DNA of 64,000 nt from Naegleria gruberi (Eukaryota). A model generated the notes under the pieces. It was not told the origin of the DNA, did no database searches, and was given only the letters and a program-made list of their open reading frames with translations. Location: assembly GCA_000004985.1 (NCBI GenBank), contig GG738904.1. One strand, written 5' to 3'. Below are positions 1 through 9,208 of this stretch, in pieces; the first letter of the stretch is position 1, and each line of letters opens with the position of its first letter. A program made the position numbers and the translations under genes.

Positions 1-723
1 TCTGAACATTGGGTTTATTTGGTCGATTCTAAGGGATTAGTTACACAAACTCGTTCTGATTACGAAGAAATGCCACATCACAAGAAGAAGTATGCCAAGA
101 AGGGTGATGAAACTTTGGGTAACTTCCAATCCAAATCTCTTTTGGAAATTGTTCAAAAGACTCAACCAACTGCTCTCATTGGTCTCTGTGGTCAATCTGG
201 TGTTTTCACTCAAGATATCATTGAAGAAATGGCCAAGATTAACCAAAAGCCAATCGTTTTTGCCTTGTCCAACCCAACTAAGAATTCTGAATGTACTGCC
301 AAGGAAGCTATTGAATATTCAAGTGGAAGAGCTATCTTTGCTTCTGGTTCTCCATTCGAAGATGTTACTTACAATGGAAAGACTTATCAATTGAGTCAAG
401 GTAACAATTTGTACATTTTCCCAGCTTTGGGTCTTGGTGCTGTCGTTACCAGATCAAAGCACGTTTCTGATGTTATGATTTTGAGAGCTGCTCAAACTTT
501 GGCCGATCTCACAAGCCAAGATAGATTGGACAATGGATTGTTGTATCCAAGTTTGACAAATATCAGAGAAATTGCTCAAAAGATTGCTGTCCAAGTTGGT
601 AAACAAAGTGTTAAGGAAGGTCTTTCTCAATTGACTGAAGAACAATTACCAAAATCTGAAGAAGAATGGGTTAAAATTGTTAAGGATTATGTATATACTC
701 CAGATTATGAGTCCAAATTGTAA
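1..723 (+). CDS. NAD(P)-dependent malic enzyme, C-terminal part (5' end lies outside the window)
   Basis: The frame is open from base 1. Translation ...WVYLVDSKGLVTQTR...IVFALSNPTKNSECTAKEAIEYSSGRAIFASGSPF...QGNNLYIFPALGLG matches the conserved malic-enzyme C-terminal half (IWLVDSKGL, IIFALSNPT, GRAIFASGSPF, QGNNxYxFPG). The stop is at 721-723. Codon bias is strong (AAG/TTG/CAA/GGT), suggesting high expression. Confidence 0.85.
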   Translation, partial: SEHWVYLVDSKGLVTQTRSDYEEMPHHKKKYAKKGDETLGNFQSKSLLEIVQKTQPTALIGLCGQSGVFTQDIIEEMAKINQKPIVFALSNPTKNSECTAKEAIEYSSGRAIFASGSPFEDVTYNGKTYQLSQGNNLYIFPALGLGAVVTRSKHVSDVMILRAAQTLADLTSQDRLDNGLLYPSLTNIREIAQKIAVQVGKQSVKEGLSQLTEEQLPKSEEEWVKIVKDYVYTPDYESKL

Positions 724-1081
724 ATATTTCAACAATTAATTTAAACCAACTATTATAAACATTTAATATTTCACTGATATTATTTCACACACTTTCAATA
801 TATTCTCCATTCCAATCGCAACAGCGTCCAACCATACTCAATTCTGTCCAATTCTATCTAAATGCAACCTGAGGATCTCCTTCACAACCAAGCGCATCAA
901 CCAAACACTAGTCCGACCAGCACTACGATCCTAGTGCACTTCAATTAATATCATGTCATGAAATCTCTCCACCGTATTACTTTTAAACAAAAAGAAAAAA
1001 AATCTCCAATTGTTAACTGTACAAATCTTTCATCTTTTTCCGAAAGTTAGAGAATAATTTGAAAGAGAAGGTGAACACAAA

Positions 1082-2092
1082 ATGACTAGTCAAGAGAGTA
1101 ATGATGGATCAATTTCCTATGGATGGTGGATTGCCACTCTTTTAATAGGAATTGTCCTGATGAGAATATTGCAATTAATTATGAAATTGAAAAGACAAAT
1201 AAGCAAGGCTGGTGGAACTCCTGGTTATTGGCAATTATTGGCTGAAGGCTTGTTTATCATGCCAATTCTTTCGCCCTATATTGCTCATGGTAATTTCCCA
1301 GTGATTCAAGGATTGATTGCTAAGGAGGAAGAGAGAGCTAAGGGAAGTGATGAAAAGCAATTGATTATTCGTGTCAGTACTCCCTATAGAAATAATTATG
1401 TAATTTGGGATAAGGATTCAGTGAAGGAAGTTTTAGTTACAAAATCATCATCCTTTCCAAAACCTTTGGATTTTTATGAACCTTTCAATATTTTCGATAA
1501 GGATGCTACTTCAATTTTGACAGCTGCCGATGGTCCAGTTTGGAAGAATCATAGACATGTGGTGGCTCCTTCATTCTCAACTGGTAATTTGGTTTTTATG
1601 AGTCAAGTGACTGTAAAGACAGTTGATGCATTGTTTAGAACAAAGTGGAATAAGTTATTGGACCAGGATAGTAAGGGATTCATTATGGATATGGAAGATA
1701 CTACAGCTGTCACTCTTCAAATTATTGGTGAAAGTGGATTTGGTATGGATTTTGGTGTTTTCGATGAAACTAGCTCTGATTCTAAAAAGTTTAGAGAAGC
1801 ATTGAATATTGTCGTGAGAGTTGACTATTATGCCAGATTCTTCCTTGCTAAAATCCCATTCCTTTACAATGCAGTTTCTGATTATACTGGAAATACAGAA
1901 GCTCTCAAGGTGATGAGTGAAAAGCTTGAACAATGCATTTCTCAAAGAGTAGCCGAATTCAAACAAGATCCAGAAAAACCAATGAATGATTTATTGTCGC
2001 TCCTTGTTAAGGCAAACATGATGGATGAAAAACTCACACTCAATGAATTGAAGAGTAACAGTTACATCTTCGTAGTTGCAGGTCATGAGTAT
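1082..2092 (+). CDS. Cytochrome P450 #1 (CYP4-clan-like), first exon through the I-helix AGHE
   Basis: The ORF has an N-terminal TM anchor, P450 core motifs (WKNHRHVVAPSFS, GESGFGMDFGVFDE) and ends ...FVVAGHE, the I-helix AGHETT. The reading frame is lost right after catgag at 2092. The continuation TTATTMQW... is found 5.1 kb downstream. Confidence 0.75.
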
Positions 2093-2685
2093 TGAAAATC
2101 AGAAGGTGTTCTTAAAGATGGTCACTGGTGCCATCAATGGTTTGATTCGTGGATTTTGGTTAAAGATATTATTCCACTTGAAGAACATTCTTCAATTATT
2201 AGGAGATGTTACAGCATGCTATGTGGAAAGTACCGTTAATATTTCCAAAGATATTTTGGAAATGTACAGTTTCATAATGAAGGAATCATTTTTGGAAAGA
2301 TTAAATTCAAGAATTGAGGAGAGAAATCTTTTATGTATTGATTTTGAAATTGTTAACAATGGATTGGTAGATAGGAATGCAGAGTGTTTTAACTCATGGT
2401 ATGAAAATGTATCTAAACATCTTATTGATTGGTCAAGTAAGGCTGTAAGTAATCGATTTGCAGAGTTTACAGAGTTAGTGGATGAAATTTTTGGTCAAGT
2501 TAAGAATGATTATGCAATGATTGCTGATAAAACTATTGAAAAGAGAACAATGGAGTATAATTTTATTACTGAAAAGAAGAGAAGATTGACAGAATTGATC
2601 AAAGAGTTAAAAAAGTAGATTGGTAATGAGTAAATTGAATTGTGTCTGTGCAATTCTGATTGTATTCTTGTAAAGTGGTGATGGT

Positions 2686-3050
2686 ACCTGTCAGGTACCG
2701 TCACAGGTACTTGGCAGGTACGATTTTTACCATCACAGGTACCGTCACAGGTACTTGGCAGGTATCACAGGTACCATCAGGTACCATCAGGTACCATCAC
2801 AGGTACCGTCACAGGTGCAAATGGTACCTGACAAGTACAATCACAGGTACCGTCACAGGTATCTGAATTTCCTCACAGGTACCATCACAGGTACTTGGCA
2901 GGTATCACAGGTACCATCACAGGTACCATCACAGGTACCGTCACAAGTACTTGGACCATCACAAGTACCCTTACAAGGACTTGTAAGGTGCTCAACACGT
3001 ACCTACAGTGTCTGACAAGTATGGTACCTCACAATAACCATCACAGCTAC
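2686..3050. repeat. Minisatellite: ~30 degenerate tandem copies of a 12-nt unit (A/G)TCACAGGTACC
   Basis: Reading the sequence directly: atcacaggtacc, gtcacaggtac and ttggcaggta variants repeat head-to-tail across ~365 bp, with many GGTACC (KpnI) cores. It lies inside the P450 #1 insertion. Confidence 0.8.
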
Positions 3051-3099
3051 AACAAACACCATAACAAATACTTTTTATATCTCCTCCAATCAACTATAT

Positions 3100-4299
3100 T
3101 TATTTGAAATATTTGGATTTCTTAATAGGTCTATGGACATTATGATCATTTTCTGAATCAGAACTAATACCACCTCTATCTGAAGAATCTTCTTCAACAT
3201 CTTCTTCTTCATCATCCTCTTCAACTTCACAATGATCAGCATTTCCAAAGCAAATATTGTACCAAATTGGAGGACCTTCATCAGACTTGTTACAATCATC
3301 TTTATCCATTTGCTTTTCAAAGAATAACTCCATTTCAAAGGCATCAAGTTCTTCATTCAATTGAATAACATCCTTAACAGGTGGTTCTATGATGGCTTCC
3401 TCTTCAATATAACCATTCTCATTGTAACGATTGATGAGAAGAACTGTTTCCTTTGAGGTGTCAAATATCTCTTCTTCCTCCTTCTCATTAAAATCAATAC
3501 TTTCATCATCTGCTATAGTTGCAGATTCCTTCTTTTCATACTCCACAATTAAATTCAAACCACTAACATCTGGTTTGATTACAAGACTGGAAAGCGTGTC
3601 TTCATTTAGAGATGGCAAATCATCATATGGGAAAACAATACTTTGAGTTTCACTAACGGATGAGTATCCATCTTGATCTGCTCTAGCCATTTCGACAGAA
3701 TCATCATCAGTGAGTGCATCATCTTCTGTTAGAATCAATGGTTCATTAAATACATCAACTTGTTCTTCCATCTGAGTTTCTGCACTTGATATAATCAATA
3801 AAGGTTGAACCAATTCATATCTCTCATTGGTGTAAGAGTAAAGGTCAATGTCATCATTGTTTAATAACAAGTTTAACAATGTTGAATTACTAGTCTGTGA
3901 AAGCACTTTTCCCTTCTTACTAAACTCTCCAACAAATGCTTGGAAATTGAATTCACTATTACATTGTTCCAACTCTTTGAAATAAATCAAAGAAGGGTTC
4001 ATTTCAAGTAAATCTGCCAAATCTTCTAATTTACTATCCATGGATAAAAAGTCATCATGCTTCTTCTCCTTAAAAATCAAAAGTAAGAGACAAAGTGCAA
4101 AATAATCACAAGAGTAATCTGCTGATAATCCATTAATATCATCTTGATTGATAGGATCGTTACCAAGCCAAAAAGATGTCAATTCCTTCCTTAGCTTGAT
4201 ATCCAAATAACAGAAATCACTGACAACTTCACTATAAAATTTCTTCTTTACTAATTCTTCTACTAAACACCACTTGTTGAAATATGTATTGTACAACAT
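3100..4299 (-). CDS. Hypothetical acidic protein (399 aa, D/E-rich, no recognised domain)
   Basis: It is a long uninterrupted minus-strand ORF with genome-typical codon usage. It has D/E-rich tracts (EEDDEEEDVEEDSSD). I recognise no domain. Confidence 0.4.
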   Translation of the reverse strand: MLYNTYFNKWCLVEELVKKKFYSEVVSDFCYLDIKLRKELTSFWLGNDPINQDDINGLSADYSCDYFALCLLLLIFKEKKHDDFLSMDSKLEDLADLLEMNPSLIYFKELEQCNSEFNFQAFVGEFSKKGKVLSQTSNSTLLNLLLNNDDIDLYSYTNERYELVQPLLIISSAETQMEEQVDVFNEPLILTEDDALTDDDSVEMARADQDGYSSVSETQSIVFPYDDLPSLNEDTLSSLVIKPDVSGLNLIVEYEKKESATIADDESIDFNEKEEEEIFDTSKETVLLINRYNENGYIEEEAIIEPPVKDVIQLNEELDAFEMELFFEKQMDKDDCNKSDEGPPIWYNICFGNADHCEVEEDDEEEDVEEDSSDRGGISSDSENDHNVHRPIKKSKYFK

Positions 4300-4590
4300 G
4301 ATGGATTATTCCTTTTTTTTCAAAAACAAAAGCTTTCACACAACCTCGAGTCGTGTGAAATGTCTCACACTCTAATATTTTAATATTTTTATAAGGCTTG
4401 AATATATATATATATATATTGAAAAGGGATTGACCGAAACTGGAAGACACATTAATTGGATATCTAAAGAGACCAAACAAATTTTCCTCAGAATTGAAGA
4501 GTCACGTCGCTACGTCCCTCAAGACATCCACACAACTTTGCAAATTAATACAATTGAGAAAAAAAAACTACTTTTATTTTCGACTCAACT

Positions 4591-6966
4591 TTGTTACAAG
4601 TAACAACACACATCAAATTCCAACACAGAACTCAATATAGCAGAATGATAAGAAAAAACTGGTTAAAAGAAGAAGAAGATCTTTTGGTCAAATTGGTAAA
4701 GGAAAAAGGCCACAATTGGACTGAAATTGCTCCCAACTTCGATGTTACTCCAAATGCCTGCCACAAAAAGTATAAGGATTTGTTAAAGAATCTTGGCAGG
4801 AAAAGATCGTTCTGGACTGATGAAATGAAAGCTAATCTCCTTAAATTAGCAAAAGAATATGCCGATAAAGGAATAGAGAAATGGAAGATTATTGAGGAAA
4901 AATTAGGAAAAGAAGCTAAAGCTTGCCAACAGCATTTTTATTATTTAGTCAAACAGCACGGGTTGGATTCTAATGATTTCAACAGCGTCAGACCATTTTG
5001 GACCATGGAAGAGAAGCGCGAATTGACTGAGTTAGTCAATTTGCATGGAAGGAAGTGGAAGAAAATTGAGAAACTAATTAGCTGCAACAGAGATGCTCAT
5101 TCTTGTCAGAGCCAGTTTATGCTATTAGAAAGTAGACAGAATGATCCAATTGAAAAGAAGTTGAACGATATCTTTCAAGCAACGACTTCAGAGACAGATT
5201 TGAATGAAATCTCTCTTTACGAATTCTTCAATATCCCAACAAGTAGATACAATGGGGTTCCAGCATCGACTTTGTTGGTGGATCAAGCAGATGAAGTTGA
5301 TGAAGAAACATTTCATCGTTCTTACATGGCTGGAGATACTGAATTTAGTGTACGTGAGGTTGCAACTGGTAGATTGGTCAGAAAAACCATTGAGGAGATT
5401 TATCTTTCCAGTGGAACATATGAAACATATAGTATTGAATCTGGATTTAATGTGGAAGAAATTGGTAAGTTTCGTTTCAATTACTATTTTCAAAGAATAA
5501 TAATAATGAAAGAATGTAAATTGTTTCCAGCAAATGAAGTATTAGAGTTGAGTGCTACTTGTTTCAAAGCAAAATTATATTTCAATGAATGTGCTCGAAT
5601 TGTTGAAGAGAAACGTTTCATATTTTCCGAACAAGTTCAAGTCCGTCCAGATGAGTGCAGTAGTGTGAGATTACCTGTATCAGATCTTCAAGACAATATG
5701 TTCATCATTAATAACTATCAATTGAAATCCAAGGAAAAGCTTGTAAGAACATCATTACCATGTGGTCAACTTACTGACACCACCCAAACAAAAGAATGTA
5801 AGTATTTTATGAATTATTCTCATAATATTTTAAAGATTTTGACATTTTGTTCAGAACTTTCCCAACTCTAGTTGACTCCAAAGACAAACAGGGAGTCATG
5901 GTTCAACTATTGGGAGCCTATTTAGCAGATGGTGATGGAGGATACTTTAAATTGTATTTTAATGCCAAAAATGAGCAAGAACTTACCTATTATTTTACAG
6001 ATTTCTTAAAAGAAATTTGTGAATTGAATTCAGAGACAATAAGAGAGGATCTTAAATTCAAGAAAGAGGAAGAGTATGTCACCATTAAGCTCAATGATAA
6101 GAATGCTGACAAGGATATTGAACGAGTCTTACAAAATGGTTATCAAATATCCGGGTCCATACTTGTTGCACCTGCATGGTATGTTTTTCACTTTCAATAC
6201 ATTTTTACTAGTAACAAATAGTACTGGCTTACACAGATTTTTAAAAGAAATAGAATTGTTATGTAATAAGTATAATGGCAGTTACCAAACTAGAAAGAAT
6301 TTCTCTTCCATCTTCAACATTACAAATTTTGGTATGTTTAGCTTGTACAAATTTTTCGAAGGTTCTGTACAAGGAGATGGCACATTAGAGAGTAATCGTG
6401 TAACGTTTGGTCAGAATTGTTCAATTTCAGATACTCACCAACAGTACTTTAATCAGGTCCACCATTGTGCAACCATGCTTGGGTTAAAGACTGGCGTGGG
6501 TAAAGTGTGTGAAGAAACTACAGGTTTGAAAATGACTGGTAAGAACATGACCATTTTTGAAAGTGAAGGACTTGAGAAAAAGAAAGTAAATGCAGATGTT
6601 GTGTTTAGACCATTTAATCTTACAGTTCAAAGATTAATAGGTGAATCAATGAAGAAGATGTACTGTTTCAAGAAGAGTAATCACTCCTTCCCAATGTTTA
6701 ATGGAATGATAGTGCAAAATGTTGATACTGATCTAGTTTCTGCTAAAATATGTTATGGGAATAGATGGGAAATTCGTGAAATGGACAACTATGAATCTGC
6801 TGCCACTTTCTGCTTGAAGAAATATATTGCTTCCTTAGGGTTTCCAAGTGACCGTATGACAAGAAATGCTGTAAGAAGATTAATACTAAAAATAGAAGGA
6901 ATAGTATCTGTTAAAAGAAAGCAAAAATCAAACAAGGAATCAAACAAGAAAGTTAAAACACAATAA
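4591..6966 (+). CDS. Three-repeat Myb/SANT-like protein with a C-terminal LAGLIDADG-like motif region (3 exons inferred)
   Basis: Exon 1 (to ~5797) encodes three W-x19-21-W Myb/SANT repeats (WLKEEEDLLVKLVKEKGHNWTEIAPNF; WTDEMKANLLKLAKEYADKGIEKWKII; WTMEEKRELTELVNLHGRKWKKIEKLI). A GTAAGT donor at 5798 and a tattttaaAG acceptor at 5835 join in frame to FDILFRTFPTLVDSKDKQGVMVQLLGAYLADGDGGYFKLYF, which carries a LAGLIDADG-like hhDGDG motif. A GTATGT donor at ~6179 and aaatAG acceptor at ~6221 join to the 6076..6966 frame. That frame has a weaker second motif, LYKFFEGSVQGDGTL. The true start may be the Met of MIRKNW at ~4645. Confidence 0.5.
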
Positions 6967-7128
6967 CATTTCAATTAAAGAATATATTTACTGAACTTTA
7001 TTAAATGACTTTTTATTTCTGAATAAACAAAAGTATATTGAGCACTTTTGCATCCATTTGAAAATTGACAATCATTTCTGCTGAAATGGTCATGTAAGAA
7101 GTATGAATTATGTCATTCTGGAAACTCT

Positions 7129-7186
7129 TCGTATTCATCCACCTGTAACATGTGTTTAGAGTTGCTAAGAAGACAACCACATGAGG
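7129..7186 (+). pseudogene. Relic P450 fragments: ETLRIHPPV pseudo-exon followed by an ACATGAG micro-exon-like copy
   Basis: gaaactcttcgtattcatccacctgta translates to ETLRIHPPV and is followed by a stop. This is the P450 K-helix/ECLRLHPPV region, out of order relative to the gene. Immediately 3', acatgag|gttcgtg... is homologous to the micro-exon plus donor of P450 #2 at 24333-24345. Confidence 0.4.
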
Positions 7187-7234
7187 TTCGTGTTTTATAA
7201 TTAATTTTACAAGTGTTTAACAAAATATTTAAGA

Positions 7235-7842
7235 CGACTGCCACAACCATGCAATGGTTAATGTACGAATTGTCCAAGCGTCCAGAAGCTCAACAAAAGG
7301 CCAGAGAAGAAGCAATCAGAATTGGAGGAGGTGACAATGTTTTGAGAGCTCCAGATTTTGATGATTACAACAATATGGACTATATTCATGGTTGTGTAAT
7401 GGAATGCTTACGTCTCCATCCACCAGTCGTTTCCATGGTAAAAACCTGTGCCAAATCTACCAAAATTGGAAAAACAAGCATTCCAAAGGGATCTTGCATC
7501 TATGTAAATGCCAAGGCCTGTCACTTGTACGGTGAAGATTTTAACACCACTGAATTTACTGGTGCTCAATTCGCTCCAGAAAGATTTTTGGATAAGGATT
7601 TCAAACAAAAGGTTCAAACAAGTGGAGCATGGTTCCCATTCAATATGAGTAATAGAAAATGCATTGGTTACATGTTTGCCCAAATTGAATTGTGTATCAT
7701 GTTGTGTAGAATGTTGCAATTTTATGAATTCAAATTGTTGAATGATGAAAGTAAACCAGCTGAGAAGGTTGAAGATCTTCCTGGTATTACCTTTAGACCA
7801 TCTTCTAATTTGAAGGTTTTGGTAACAAGAAGAACAAAATAA
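7235..7842 (+). CDS. Cytochrome P450 #1, terminal exon (I-helix TT... through heme loop to stop)
   Basis: It follows the acceptor tttaag and translates TTATTMQWLMYELSK...ECLRLHPPV...FPFNMSNRKCIGYMFAQIEL (PFxxGxRxCxG cysteine loop, CYP4-like). The stop is at 7840-7842. It pairs with the exon at 1082-2092. The exon start is ±2 nt. Confidence 0.75.
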
Positions 7843-7964
7843 ATATGAATGTGTAAATATTTATTATACTTAATATATTTAAATTATTGAAATATTGAAA
7901 TATTGAAATTGTAAAGTTTTTAAATAGTTTAAAAATAGAGTTTACAATTTTAAAAAAATAAAAA

Positions 7965-9035
7965 ATGTCTGATGACCAAAAACAAGAAGAAATTGCTTCG
8001 GAAGAAACCATGGAACATATCGCCCAACTGATCAACAAGGCAAGAAGAGTCGTTGTATTTTCTGGTGCTGGTATGAGTGCAGAGTCTGGAATTGATACTT
8101 TCAGAGGAGGAGGTGGTTTATGGACCGGATTGATGGGAAAATTGTTTTTGGCTTATGGAGGTGAGTGGATTTGTCTTTAAATTCGTGTTTATATATATTG
8201 GATATATTGGATTGTATTTAAAATTATTAAAATTATTTAAATATTATTTGATGGTAATTGATTGGAATAATTTATAAATTAATTATTCGTGTGATGATTA
8301 TATGAATGAATGAATTGATGGAATATGATAATATTAGGAACACCATTTGGATGGAATATAACACCACAGATTTGTTGGGGACAATATATTAAACGATTTT
8401 ATGGACCGATTGCTAAAGCTGATCCAAATAATGGACATTTTGCATTGGCCAAGTTGGAACAAGAAGTGTTTGGAGATTATATGGAAGTTATTACACAAAA
8501 TGTTGATGGATTGCATCAAAGAGCTGGATCAACTCATGTCTATGAAGTGCATGGTACAGTAATGAGACATTGCTGTATTGCTGAACGTCACATTTTCGAT
8601 TTTGATGAATATTGGGGAGAAGAGAATGATGAAAAGAAAATGGACTTGCCAGACAAGTCACCAAAATGCAAACATCCAGGGTGTAATAGTACACTTCGTC
8701 CTGATTGTGTCCTATTTACAGAAGCCCTGCCAATGGACCAATGGGAACCTTCTTTCCATGCAGTTGACAGAATGAGAAAGGGAGATGTCATGATTTGTGT
8801 TGGAACAAGTGCCAAGGTCTATCCAGCTGCTTCACTTCCTGGAAGAGCTGCCAGAAGAGGAGCTCATTTAATTGAATTCAATTTGGAAGAAACAGATTAC
8901 AATCAATTACCGAATTATATATTCGTTAAGGGTCCAAGTGGTCAAACACTTCCAACCATTGTAGATAGAGTAATTGAATTGAGAAATGCAAATCAATCAA
9001 TACCATCGGAAAATATTTCTCAAATTGTAGAATAA
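7965..9035 (+). CDS. NAD-dependent protein deacylase, sirtuin (class III/SIRT5-like), 2 exons
   Basis: Exon 1 is 7965-8160 and contains GAGMSAESGIDTFRGGGGLW, the Sir2 NAD-binding motif. The intron has a GTGAGT donor at 8161 and a ttAG acceptor at 8337 and runs in phase 1. Exon 2 is 8338-9035 with QNVDGLHQRAG, HG, the Zn ribbon CC...CKHPGC...C, and GTSAKVYPAASLP. Confidence 0.8.
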
Positions 9036-9208
9036 TATATTGTAAATATTTTAACACAAAATGTAAAAACCAAATTATTAATAGTATTTAATATTGCTAT
9101 AAATTCAAAGTAGATTTCCTAATATTTCCAATTTTGAACATTCAACTGAACCGCCAAAACAAAATTTGAATCAAAAAAAACAAACAAATTACCACGTGTC
9201 AGACAAAG

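Noticed and set aside
37-1966. Short antisense or out-of-frame ORFs (e.g. 37..246-, 92..394+, 1655..1966-) overlapping well-supported genes
   Set aside because: They overlap the malic enzyme and P450 reading frames, have low-complexity translations and no motifs. They are chance ORFs in AT-rich sequence. The same applies to most ORFs under 100 aa in the track.
2076-2618. 180-aa ORF immediately after P450 exon 1, considered as a continuation of the P450
   Set aside because: Its translation (KMVTGAINGLIRGFWLKILF...) has no P450 motifs. The true continuation TTATTMQW is at ~7235. It may be a gene of the inserted block or spurious.
2686-3050. Regular short direct repeats that could superficially suggest a CRISPR array
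   Set aside because: The unit is only 12 nt with no unique spacers, the array is degenerate head-to-tail, and the context is eukaryotic with spliceosomal introns and nuclear tRNAs. It is a minisatellite.
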